Positions 55,505-64,000 of a stretch of 64,000 nucleotides of DNA are shown one piece after another. Where the stretch lies: assembly GCA_024229495.1 (NCBI GenBank), contig JAAESJ010000233.1, positions 5,144 through 69,143 of the forward strand. Direction: 5' to 3'. The notes under the pieces were generated by a model, which saw nothing but the letters and a program-made list of their open reading frames with translations, searched no databases and was not told the origin of the DNA. How positions within the stretch are numbered: position 1 is the stretch's first letter; every line of letters begins with the position of its first letter. Source of the DNA: Verrucomicrobiaceae bacterium (GTDB lineage: Bacteria > Verrucomicrobiota > Verrucomicrobiia > Verrucomicrobiales > DEV007). A program made the translations under genes and the position numbers.

Positions 55505-56230
55505 ATGATCAGTTATCTCGTATGCGCCACCCACCGTAGCGGCAGCAATTTGCTATGCCAGTCCTTGTGGCATACGGAATTATGTGGGTATCCGCAGGAG
55601 TTTTTTTCACCAACCCGAGCATCTAAAATTGCGGAGGAATATGGTCTGGTTGCCGACCCTCAACTTGATTATCCAGGATATGTATCCGAATTGGTGAGCA
55701 AGAGGGTTTCCTCAAACGGGGTTTTTGGCGCCAAGATCATGTGGTCTCACCTGGAACCATTCCTGACAGGATTGGGGCAGGATTCCATGGCAGATACCGA
55801 CCTGCTTGGCACGATTTTTCCCAACATCCGCTATCTCTGGATACGCAGGGACGACAAGTTGCGGCAGGCGATTTCGATGTGGAAGGCCAAGCAGACGAAG
55901 GTGTATAATTCCCTGCAGACCGAAGGAGGTGCTCATTTAGCAGCTGAGGCGATATATGATTTTAATGAAATAGAGAAAATTAAGCGGCGATTTGAGGATG
56001 AGGACAAGGCATGGGGGGACTTCTTCACTAAGAACAGTATTACGCCGGTGCAAATCCACTATGAGGACTTTGCTGTTCATCATGAAGCGAGGACACTGGA
56101 GATTCTCAGGGAACTGGCCATTGATGTGGGGAAGGCATTTAAGGTTAAGCCCCTGACCTACAAACCGCTTGCAGACTCAACTAATGAAGAATGGCGTGAG
56201 CGATATCTACGTGAGGAAGAAACCAGGTGA
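55505..56230 (+). CDS. Stf0-type sulfotransferase family protein
   Basis: MISYLVCATHRSGSNLLCQSL... (P-loop-like PAPS site) and YLWIRRDDKLRQAISMWKA fit the Stf0/trehalose-2-sulfotransferase family pattern. ATG at 55505. Confidence 0.7.
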   Translation: MISYLVCATHRSGSNLLCQSLWHTELCGYPQEFFSPTRASKIAEEYGLVADPQLDYPGYVSELVSKRVSSNGVFGAKIMWSHLEPFLTGLGQDSMADTDLLGTIFPNIRYLWIRRDDKLRQAISMWKAKQTKVYNSLQTEGGAHLAAEAIYDFNEIEKIKRRFEDEDKAWGDFFTKNSITPVQIHYEDFAVHHEARTLEILRELAIDVGKAFKVKPLTYKPLADSTNEEWRERYLREEETR

Positions 56231-58308
56231 GTGCTAGAATGCAAATGGATCGACTAAATTCGCTAATACTTGTTTGCGCGTTGACATTGTGTTGCTCCTG
56301 CGGTGGAGACAAGGATCCCGGGGTGGATAACTCAGGAGGTGATTCAAAGCCTGCGGGGAGCAGGGGGGGCGGCTTAGGACAGTTTGCCGGTGCGCATGCA
56401 CGGGCGGTCTGGGTGGGGCAGCAGAAATCCGGAAAGATTGATCAGCATGCGGCAGGAAATAACCTGAAGCTCATGGGCTTGGATAGTATGGATAGCCGAG
56501 GTGAACGCGCTATCCTTGATAAAGTGGGCAGCTATGCCCGGCCGTTGTTCACTCCGGATGGGGGACGGGTGGTGTTTAGTAATAAGGGGATTACGAAATC
56601 AGAGAACGGGATCCGTAGCTATAATCCACGTTGTTTTGTGGTGAATTTTGATGGCACAGGACTGGTTGAACTTGGGGAGGGATATGCTGAAGCGATCTGG
56701 CGTGATCCCTCTAGTGGCGAGTTATGGGTTTTTGTGAGTACGGAATTTCAAGATGATGAACGGGTGGTGATGGAGGGTAAGCGCCTGGAGAGGTTCAGGC
56801 TGGAAGCTCCCGAGCAGCGTGAGCTTCTGTGGGACAAGACGCCGGTGGGTGGTGATAGTTTCCGAGTCAGTCGTGACGGACAGAAAATGGTGGGTCAGTT
56901 CCCGTGGCCGGAGTCGGGGGTTGTTGACTTGAAAACCGGTGACTTCAAGCGAATTGGCAATGGATGCTGGACCTCCCTTGCACCAGACAACAGCGGGATT
57001 TCATGGGTGTTTGACGGACCTCACCGTAATGTGAGCATTTATGACAGTAGTGGGAGAATTCTCAACTCGATAGCGATGAATACGCATCCCGACTTGAAGG
57101 GGCAGCGTGTATATCATCCGCGCTGGACCAACCACCCCCATTTTGCAGTAGTCAGTGGTCCTTATATTAATGACAAGAAAAAAGGTGCAGACAGGATTGA
57201 GATTTACCTCGGCAGGTTTGCTGCTGACATGAGTAAGGTCGAACAATGGTATCAGGTGAGCGAAAATGATCGAGCTGATCTTTATGCGGATGTCTGGATT
57301 GAGGGTGGTGATGAGGCATCATTGACGATTCGGGAACGGGAACCGGTGGAGGTTCATGCGGAACATTGGCCGCCGGAGAGTGGGCAATTGTTTTTTGCTT
57401 GGAAGAACAATCGTGAGAATATCGAGACGGGAGGCAGAATTATCCGGGTGCGCGCAGAGGGTGCTGCGCGGTATGGGAAACGGTTTGACCTGGCTCCCGG
57501 GAAAGGTCTTTTTCGAGCGGATGGTATTGATGCTAAGCTCATTAATGGAATGAAATGGTTGATTGTTGATGCAATCATTACTCCTGATAAACACGACGGG
57601 ACAGTGATGGAATTCGGCAACTACCGCCTTTCCCAGAAGGGTAGTGAATTCCGGGTCAATATACGATCCGGTGGAGGTGAGCGTTCAATTCGTTTTGGAA
57701 AACCTGTTTCAGGGCAGCCGTTATATTTACGTTTGCAGTTTGATCAGGAAGGTATGGAGGCGGTAATTAATGGCAAGGTGCAGGAGATCTGGACCTCGCC
57801 GCTTGATGCCAGCAGTAATTGGAAGGATGCCGGAATTGTGTTTGGAGGAGGATGGGACGGAAGGTTGGAACAGGTGGCTTTTTACGGGAGTGTATCAGAT
57901 GAGGTTAGCGTTCCTCAATTGGCGGGGCTTTACGGGATTAAGGCTGTTAGCGGTGAAGACCGGCTCAAGATCCGGGGTAAACTCCTTGAGGTGACACCGC
58001 GGCCGGCCATTGATGAATTGGGAGCATATACCCGCGCTCTGGTCTATCACCTCTATGAGATTGATGATGTTTTGGCAGGAGAATTCAATGCAAAGCGCAT
58101 GGTGGTTGCTCACTGGTCCCTGCTTGATCGTAAGCCCACTGAAGAGGTTCCTTCCCGGGTTGGTGAGGTCTATGAAATGGAAGTAGAGCCATTGGGAAAG
58201 AATCCTCAGCTGAAGAGTGAGCGTACTTTTGATGATACTTCTGACCTTGATGCAGCGATTTATTTCGACATTTCGACACCCCTAATTCAAGAATCAGAGA
58301 ATCCATGA
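56227..58308 (+). CDS. Lipoprotein with TolB-like (PD40) beta-propeller segment and C-terminal LamG/concanavalin-A-like domain
   Basis: Lipobox-like LILVCALTLCCSCGG. The PD40-like segment is YARPLFTPDGGRVVFSNKG. The C-terminal segment TVMEFGNYRLSQKGSEFRVNIRSGGGERSIRFG...GIVFGGGWDGRLEQVAFYG is LamG-like. The start (GTG 56227) overlaps the upstream stop; an alternative ATG is at 56239. Confidence 0.55.
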   Translation: MSARMQMDRLNSLILVCALTLCCSCGGDKDPGVDNSGGDSKPAGSRGGGLGQFAGAHARAVWVGQQKSGKIDQHAAGNNLKLMGLDSMDSRGERAILDKVGSYARPLFTPDGGRVVFSNKGITKSENGIRSYNPRCFVVNFDGTGLVELGEGYAEAIWRDPSSGELWVFVSTEFQDDERVVMEGKRLERFRLEAPEQRELLWDKTPVGGDSFRVSRDGQKMVGQFPWPESGVVDLKTGDFKRIGNGCWTSLAPDNSGISWVFDGPHRNVSIYDSSGRILNSIAMNTHPDLKGQRVYHPRWTNHPHFAVVSGPYINDKKKGADRIEIYLGRFAADMSKVEQWYQVSENDRADLYADVWIEGGDEASLTIREREPVEVHAEHWPPESGQLFFAWKNNRENIETGGRIIRVRAEGAARYGKRFDLAPGKGLFRADGIDAKLINGMKWLIVDAIITPDKHDGTVMEFGNYRLSQKGSEFRVNIRSGGGERSIRFGKPVSGQPLYLRLQFDQEGMEAVINGKVQEIWTSPLDASSNWKDAGIVFGGGWDGRLEQVAFYGSVSDEVSVPQLAGLYGIKAVSGEDRLKIRGKLLEVTPRPAIDELGAYTRALVYHLYEIDDVLAGEFNAKRMVVAHWSLLDRKPTEEVPSRVGEVYEMEVEPLGKNPQLKSERTFDDTSDLDAAIYFDISTPLIQESENP

Positions 58309-59354
58309 CGAATTACAGGCTCCTTGTCCCAGCAGTTTATTTCCTGGTTTCCGTCTTCGCGTCAGCGGAGGAAAAATCCCCTGACGCCTTTGCCAGGGAC
58401 TGTGCTGCGGCCGGCGATGTAGCCGCTACGCGGACGGTTAGAGGGGTGAATAAGCAGTGGTTGTTTTTGAAGTCTGAACTCGAACACTTGGGCACCGGTG
58501 CTTTTTGGACCAAGGACTGGAAGGAAGTAAGCAAATCGGGAGTTGACCCCGTCCCGGTATTTCTGGCCCTGAATGAGAAGTTAAGCGCCCTGGGTGTGAA
58601 ATTTATTTTTGTTCCGATTCCGGCCAAAGCTTCCATCTACCCGGAGAAGTTCACCGATGGGATCAAGATGAAGGCGAAAGTGCCCGCTGATGATGCAGTT
58701 ACCCCTATATCGGATTTCCTTGAAAGGATGAGAAGTGGCGGAATTGCCGTCATTGACATTGAGTCGGACCTGAAAGCGAACAGGGCCAGTGGAGGTGAGC
58801 GCAGTTACTGCATGACAGATTCTCACCCTGCGCCATGGACCTGCGAGTTGATTGCCAAACGCGTGGCCGGGATTCTCTCCGGTCAAGCGTGGGCGAAGCA
58901 GGCTGCGGAAGATTCGAAGTTGAGCTTCGTGAGGGGTGATCCCGGAACGCAGGCCATTAAGGGTGACTTGATTCCAGAGGATCAACGTGACACCTGGGAG
59001 GCAGAGGAAGTAACAGTGCGCAAGGCAGGCATCAGGAAGGGGGGGGGAATTACCAGCGCCCTTCCTGATGATGAATCAAGCCCGGTGATTTTGCTTGGTG
59101 ACAGCCATACTCTCATCTTTCATGAGGGTGGCGATATGCTCATGAGTGGTGCGGGTGTTCCTGATCACCTGCAGGCCGAACTGGGCTTCAAGGTATACCT
59201 TGCCGCCAGTCGAGGCTCAAGCAGCCAGGCGCAACGACAAATCTACAAGGGCAAGGATTTCTGGGAGGGAAAGAAAGCCCTGGTATGGGTTTCTTCGGTG
59301 CGTGAATTCACGCAGGAAAGGAAATGGCTGAAATTGCCAAGGTTGCCAAAGTGA
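58305..59354 (+). CDS. AlgX/AlgJ (DHHW)-like SGNH-fold protein, putative glycan O-acetylation component
   Basis: Signal peptide. FIFVPIPAKASIYPEKF, MTDSHPAPW (position of the D-x-H-W block) and LLGDSHTLIF. The start overlaps the upstream stop (ATGA 58305-58308). Confidence 0.55.
   Translation: MTNYRLLVPAVYFLVSVFASAEEKSPDAFARDCAAAGDVAATRTVRGVNKQWLFLKSELEHLGTGAFWTKDWKEVSKSGVDPVPVFLALNEKLSALGVKFIFVPIPAKASIYPEKFTDGIKMKAKVPADDAVTPISDFLERMRSGGIAVIDIESDLKANRASGGERSYCMTDSHPAPWTCELIAKRVAGILSGQAWAKQAAEDSKLSFVRGDPGTQAIKGDLIPEDQRDTWEAEEVTVRKAGIRKGGGITSALPDDESSPVILLGDSHTLIFHEGGDMLMSGAGVPDHLQAELGFKVYLAASRGSSSQAQRQIYKGKDFWEGKKALVWVSSVREFTQERKWLKLPRLPK
59039..59047 (+). repeat. G9 homopolymer inside the AlgJ-like CDS
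   Basis: atcaggaaGGGGGGGGGaatt, counted directly; it encodes K-G-G-G. It is the longest G/C run I noticed in the window. Confidence 0.9.
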
Positions 59355-59373
59355 ACGGGCAATAATTCTGTTG

Positions 59374-60327
59374 CTAGGGAACCTCCTCAAGTGACCCGGT
59401 ATATACCCATGCCTCAACCTTGTCGTTGCGAATGAGAGCCATGGCTTCCGTGTCGAAGGTTCCGAAAAGGCTGTTGGTTTTATAGTTCACAGTGCCTGTC
59501 CAGTAGGGTTGACGATCCACCAGTTCGTATCGGACAGGACCCCAGTGAGAGATTTCGTTGAGGTTGATCTCGGTAACATCGCCCTGCTCGATGCTTTTTA
59601 CCATCAGGGCAACCCGGCCCCGCCCATCCCTCTCAGGCATCTTGCCTATCTTGTTTTCATATTCATTAAGAACAGTCTTTGGTAATTTGGAGGCGGTTGC
59701 CACGGTGACCGATGTAACCGGCTCGCTGGTTTGTGGTAGGGTTTGTCGTTCTTCACTGGCAGCGATTGCACGGGCACGTTCTCTTTGTGCCCTGACCAGC
59801 TTCCGCTTACGTTCCTTGTATTTCTCGTATTCTCCGTTCAGCACTTCCTTGTAGTTGGTGTCTTCGATAGCAACCTTTGCTCTCAATATTGAGCTCTTGT
59901 GCGGAGTGATGACGAGTTGACCGTTGCTGATTGAGAGAGCGGTATTCTTGCTTCCTGTCGGGCGGGTTGTGCTGCCAACATTGTCTCCGATGATGAAGCT
60001 TGCCTTTGCCTTGAGGGTGACCTCACGTGGGAAGGCTGAAGCCGGCACTTTTTGCCAGTTGTCGACATACTCCTCAAGTGGCTTGAAATCCGGCATCGGA
60101 TACTTCAATGCGATCGGGTCAGCTACCTCGGCAGGGGGATCGGGTCGATTATTTCCTTCAGGAGGGGTTTCCGGTTCGGGTTGAGCAACTGGATCATTGC
60201 CTGTGGATTTGCCCGGGATTGGCTTATCGCTGCCCATTTCACTGACAAACCGCACGATTTCCTCCTTGAATCGTAATCCTGCGAAAACAAGGCCACCTAT
60301 GACAATCAGGAAAATAAACCACTTCAT
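59374..60327 (-). CDS. Hypothetical membrane-anchored protein
   Basis: N-terminal anchor MKWFIFLIVIGGLVFAGL (ATG 60327; the track start is 60354), a Pro/Glu-rich linker, then two globular-looking halves separated by a basic helix (KYKERKRKLVRAQRERARA). No motif recognised. Confidence 0.5.
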   Translation of the reverse strand: MKWFIFLIVIGGLVFAGLRFKEEIVRFVSEMGSDKPIPGKSTGNDPVAQPEPETPPEGNNRPDPPAEVADPIALKYPMPDFKPLEEYVDNWQKVPASAFPREVTLKAKASFIIGDNVGSTTRPTGSKNTALSISNGQLVITPHKSSILRAKVAIEDTNYKEVLNGEYEKYKERKRKLVRAQRERARAIAASEERQTLPQTSEPVTSVTVATASKLPKTVLNEYENKIGKMPERDGRGRVALMVKSIEQGDVTEINLNEISHWGPVRYELVDRQPYWTGTVNYKTNSLFGTFDTEAMALIRNDKVEAWVYTGSLEEVP

Positions 60328-60432
60328 AGTGTGACGATGGGGGTGGCATTGCACAATTTCAAGGAGCGAGTCATAGAAGAATTAGCTTTTGTGGGAGCGC
60401 AAACTGTTATCGACTAGAGGTAACAAAAAAAA

Positions 60433-63210
60433 ATGGCAAAAAGACTTTTTCTTCTCGATGGCATGGCACTGGTTTATCGTGCCCATTTTGCCTTGATTCG
60501 CAGCCCTATTTACACCTCAAAGGGAGTGAATACCTCAGCTATATACGGGTTTGCGAATACCCTTGTTGATCTCCTTGGCAGCCAGAGCCCCACGCATCTT
60601 GCGGTAGTTTTTGACACTCCCGAACCCACTGAGCGCCACACTATTTTCCCGGAATACAAAGCAAACCGCGATGCGATGCCGGAGGATCTTGCGCAAGCTA
60701 TTCCCGAGGTAAAGCGCCTTATCCAGGCCTTTAACATCCCTGTCATTGAGAAGGCCGGGTTTGAAGCGGACGATATTATTGGCACTCTCGCCGGTCGGGC
60801 ATCCAGAGAGGAAGGGTGTGAGGTTTTCATGGTGACTCCTGATAAGGATTTTGCCCAGTTGGTTGATGAGAGGGTGACAATGTTCAAGCCTGGGCGAGGA
60901 GGGGGAGAACCGGAACTCATAGGCCTTGAGGAGGTGAAGGAGAATTGGCAGGTGGAAAATCCATCCCAGGTCATAGACATTCTTGGACTGTGGGGTGATG
61001 CCAGCGACAATATTCCCGGCGTTCCGGGTATTGGCGAGAAGACAGCAAAGAAACTGGTGGGCCGGTTTGGAGGCATTAAGGAGTTGCTTGAGAACACTGA
61101 CCAGTTAAAGGGCAAGCAGAAGGAGAATGTGGAGAATTTCCGTGAACAGGCACTTCTTTCCAGGAAGCTTGCCACCATCATCCTTGATGTTCCCGTGGAA
61201 CTGGATTGGGCTGCGCTGAAACTGGGGGAAATGAATCGTGATGCACTCACGGGTTTACTGGTTGAGTTCGAATTCAATGCACTTGGCAAGCGCCTGATGG
61301 GTGATGAGTTTGTTGCCGGAAGGGGGTTTGACACCAGCGGCGGGGATGGTGAGGCATTGGTCGCGGAATTAACATCCATCACTGATGTTGCTCATGAATA
61401 CCAGCTGGTATCTGCTGGTGACAAGGTGACAAGGAAGGAGGCGATTGAGGTGCTTCGGGGAGCAAAGCAGTTCTGTTTCGACACGGAAACGACGGGCAAG
61501 GACCCAATGAATGATGACTTGCTGGGAATTTCTTTTTCTGTTGCTGCCGGGGAGGCATTTTATTTTGAAATTCCGCAGGAGGCAGGGGCAAGATCGAAGT
61601 TACTCTCCGAATTTGAGTCTCTGATGAGAGCGGATGAGGTCGAGAAGATCGGGCATAACCTCAAGTTTGACCTGGCCGTCCTGCGTTGGGCAGGGTTGGA
61701 GGTTTCCGGCCCTTTCTTTGATACAATGCTGGCTCATGTCCTTGTAGAGCCTGAGCAGAAGCATACCATGGACTATTTGTCCGAGTCCTTGCTTGGCTAT
61801 ACCCCGATTTCCCTGAAAAGCCTCCTGGGTGAAGGGGAGGAGAAAGGAGGGCAGATGAGCCTTATTGGTACGACGATGGTGGATATTGAGCTGGATAAAC
61901 TTGCCGAGTATGCGGCTGAAGATGCTGACGTGACATTCCAGTTGGCGGAAAAACTACGTCCGATGCTTGAGGAAAAGGGACAGACCAGGGTGTTCTACGA
62001 AATTGAATGTCCACTGGTGCCTGTTTTAGCGGCAATGGAATCGGAAGGCATCACGCTTGATCCCGGGGTGCTTGATGGAATACGTGCGGATTTGGAAGTG
62101 GAGATTAACTCACTGGGAGCGGAGATTACGAAGTTGGCCGGCCGGGATTTCAATCTAAACTCGCCCAAGCAACTTGGTGAGGTTCTCTTTGATGACCTTA
62201 AACTGGTTGAGAAACCCAAGAAAACAAAGACAGGGCAGTATAAGACAGATGAGGCGGTTTTGGCATCACTTGCACCAAAACACCGTATCGTTGAGGCAAT
62301 CCTCGAATATCGTGAATCGGCAAAGCTTAAGGGCACGTATGTGGATGCGCTGCCTGCCTCAGTTGCCAAACGTACCGGAAGGGTGCACAGCAGTTTCGGG
62401 CAACTGGTAACCGCAACGGGGCGTCTGGCATCCAATAACCCGAACCTGCAGAATATTCCTGTGCGCACTTCACAGGGGCGCGAGATTCGCAAGGCGTTTA
62501 TTGCCAGACAGAGCGAATTCATCCTGATGGCGGCGGATTATTCTCAGGTTGAATTGCGCGTGATGGCGTCAATCAGCGGGGATGAGGGGATGCAGCAGGC
62601 GTTTGTAGATGAACTGGACATCCATTCAGCAACGGCGGCAAACGTTTACGATGTTGCCCTTGATGATGTCACCGACGAGATGCGGCGTTGTGCGAAGATG
62701 GTGAACTTCGGTATCATTTACGGGATTTCAGCTTTTGGTTTGTCCCAGCGCCTTGGAATATCACGCGGGGATGCGGCAGGAATAATCGAGGCTTATTTCG
62801 AGCAGTATCCCGGAGTGAAGCACTACATGGAAAACACCGTTTCCCTGGCGAGGGAAAAAGGCTACGTTGAAACCTTGGCAGGAAGGCGTCGCTATATCAG
62901 GGACATTGACTCGTCAAATGCCATGGTTCGCGGCGCGGCTGAACGCACAGCCATCAACACCCCGATTCAGGGCACTGCGGCCGACATGATCAAACTGGCA
63001 ATGACCGGCGTGGATGTTTCCCTTCGTGAGCAGCAATTACAATCCAGGATGATCCTGCAGGTGCATGATGAACTGATTATTGACGTGCAGCGTGACGAGG
63101 AGGATGCAGTGCGGGAATTGGTTTCCGGGCAGATGCAGGATGCATTGCCTCTCAAGGTTCCAATCGTCGTTGATATTGGTACTGGGGAGAATTGGCTGGA
63201 GGCGCACTGA
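60433..63210 (+). CDS. polA: DNA polymerase I
   Basis: 925 aa. It has a 5'-nuclease N-terminus (LFLLDGMALVYRAHFA), a 3'-5' exonuclease-like region (FCFDTETTG), and polymerase motif A (DYSQVELRVMA), motif B (RRCAKMVNFGIIYG) and motif C (LQVHDEL). Confidence 0.95.
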   Translation: MAKRLFLLDGMALVYRAHFALIRSPIYTSKGVNTSAIYGFANTLVDLLGSQSPTHLAVVFDTPEPTERHTIFPEYKANRDAMPEDLAQAIPEVKRLIQAFNIPVIEKAGFEADDIIGTLAGRASREEGCEVFMVTPDKDFAQLVDERVTMFKPGRGGGEPELIGLEEVKENWQVENPSQVIDILGLWGDASDNIPGVPGIGEKTAKKLVGRFGGIKELLENTDQLKGKQKENVENFREQALLSRKLATIILDVPVELDWAALKLGEMNRDALTGLLVEFEFNALGKRLMGDEFVAGRGFDTSGGDGEALVAELTSITDVAHEYQLVSAGDKVTRKEAIEVLRGAKQFCFDTETTGKDPMNDDLLGISFSVAAGEAFYFEIPQEAGARSKLLSEFESLMRADEVEKIGHNLKFDLAVLRWAGLEVSGPFFDTMLAHVLVEPEQKHTMDYLSESLLGYTPISLKSLLGEGEEKGGQMSLIGTTMVDIELDKLAEYAAEDADVTFQLAEKLRPMLEEKGQTRVFYEIECPLVPVLAAMESEGITLDPGVLDGIRADLEVEINSLGAEITKLAGRDFNLNSPKQLGEVLFDDLKLVEKPKKTKTGQYKTDEAVLASLAPKHRIVEAILEYRESAKLKGTYVDALPASVAKRTGRVHSSFGQLVTATGRLASNNPNLQNIPVRTSQGREIRKAFIARQSEFILMAADYSQVELRVMASISGDEGMQQAFVDELDIHSATAANVYDVALDDVTDEMRRCAKMVNFGIIYGISAFGLSQRLGISRGDAAGIIEAYFEQYPGVKHYMENTVSLAREKGYVETLAGRRRYIRDIDSSNAMVRGAAERTAINTPIQGTAADMIKLAMTGVDVSLREQQLQSRMILQVHDELIIDVQRDEEDAVRELVSGQMQDALPLKVPIVVDIGTGENWLEAH

Positions 63211-63530
63211 TTGCGTGGCAACAACTTCTTCAAGGGATGATCAGTCACTGTTGTGAAGGGGGTAAGGGCTACATTTGAGCTCACCATCCGGAGGATTGAG
63301 CATCACATCCCAAGTGCTGACCCTGTTCCGCTATATCCAAGTGTAATTTGTTGTAAATCAATGAGATGAGGGGGTAATTGAGTTAGTCCCTGTTCTCCCC
63401 GAGGAGATCAGGGAAATCAGCAGTAATGCCAATATCGGGTGTTCCGGTTGAGATTTTCTCCTGTCAGGGTGAGGATTACCCTCGATTCCTACTGCTTTCC
63501 CTGAAAAAACAGAAATCCTGCGCCCGGAGA

Positions 63531-64000
63531 ATGAATTTTATGCGACTAATCCCGTCTAACAGGGCAAATGAGTTGCCTGATGGCGGTGGAGGTGATGATG
63601 AAATCCCTGCCAGCGAGCGGGACAGAAAACTCGTTGAACTCTGTAAAGCTGGTGATAATCAAGCCTTTGATGAACTTGTGACTCTCTATAGAGGGAAGGT
63701 GTATGCTATGATTTTAAACATGATCCACAATGACGCTGACGCCTGGGACTTATCTCAGGATGTGTTTGTCAAGGCGTGGAAGGCCTTATCAAAGTTCGAG
63801 TCACGTTCGGCTTTCTACACCTGGCTTTACCGAATTACCCACAATGTCACCTACGACTGGATCAGGAAACGCAAACGGGTGGTATCCGGGGAATTTGAAG
63901 ATTCATTAGTCGAGGAGGCGGAACCCGGCGCTCTGACGGCACCCAAGTCGATAGATCTCCCGGATGCAGCCATGGAACGATCGGAGCTGCGTGGCAGGAT
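63531..64000 (+). CDS. RNA polymerase sigma-70 family (ECF-like) factor, 3'-truncated by the window edge
   Basis: Not in the ORF track (no stop in the window). Hand translation from ATG 63531 gives MNFMRLIPSNRANE...LVELCKAGDNQAFDELVTLYRGKVYAMILNMIHNDADAWDLSQDVFVKAWKALSKFESRSAFYTWLYRITHNVTYDWIRKRKR, which is sigma region 2 (DLSQDVFVKAW, FYTWLYRIT). The start could also be ATG 63540. Confidence 0.75.
   Translation, partial: MNFMRLIPSNRANELPDGGGGDDEIPASERDRKLVELCKAGDNQAFDELVTLYRGKVYAMILNMIHNDADAWDLSQDVFVKAWKALSKFESRSAFYTWLYRITHNVTYDWIRKRKRVVSGEFEDSLVEEAEPGALTAPKSIDLPDAAMERSELRGR

Noticed and set aside
60510-61382. 290-aa ORF antisense to polA.
   Set aside because: It lies entirely inside the well-supported DNA polymerase I gene. 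Its Ser/Pro/Arg-rich composition is typical of an antisense frame of a GC-moderate gene.
1-64000. CRISPR arrays, rRNA genes, IS elements, prophage genes and toxin-antitoxin pairs.
   Set aside because: I saw no regularly spaced direct repeats, no rRNA-like conserved stretches, no transposase, integrase, capsid or terminase motifs, and no small adjacent ORF pairs with recognisable TA motifs in the ORF translations.

Overview
A 64-kb chromosomal segment with mid-range GC (judged by eye) that is densely coding on both strands. I count about 48 protein genes and one tRNA-Leu(UAG). I could not find any rRNA, CRISPR array, transposase or integrase. The gene content points to a PVC-superphylum genome, most likely Verrucomicrobiota; this is an inference. 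It rests on a DUF1592/DUF1552 pair, an SHD1-domain protein, a giant SGNH + beta-propeller + HEAT 'membrane-bound dehydrogenase'-type protein, a formylglycine sulfatase, several sulfotransferases and a TAT-signal Gfo/Idh/MocA oxidoreductase. Housekeeping anchors are typA/bipA, polA and a partial sigma-70/ECF-type factor at the 3' edge. Two edge-truncated genes are absent from the ORF track and were recovered by hand: the sulfatase at 1-1347 (-) and the sigma factor at 63531-64000 (+). Other blocks are: an amino-acid-catabolism-like cluster (3.4-10.3 kb); a manganese/iron-type metal ABC importer whose first permease is fused to a DtxR-like repressor, as in chlamydial YtgC-YtgR (29.3-34.0 kb); an exported Zn-less MsrB next to a Fur-family regulator (42-44 kb); and a sulfotransferase / AlgJ-like / LamG lipoprotein cluster (53.1-59.4 kb). 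The most unusual locus is a tightly packed three-gene operon at 45089-53110. Its first gene encodes a cytoplasmic protein with a degenerate FHA-like domain, a split zinc ribbon and a TRAFAC-type P-loop GTPase. The other two encode ~1000-aa single-pass membrane proteins with almost identical topology and no recognisable catalytic motif. The N-terminus of the second protein (MAYQLIYTS...GRSGYTVAA) resembles, from memory, the N-terminal domain of 'GTPase-associated protein 1' from computationally predicted GTPase-centred conflict systems. I therefore flag this operon as a candidate uncharacterised GTPase-switched membrane system. All functional calls come from motif reading only; no searches were run.
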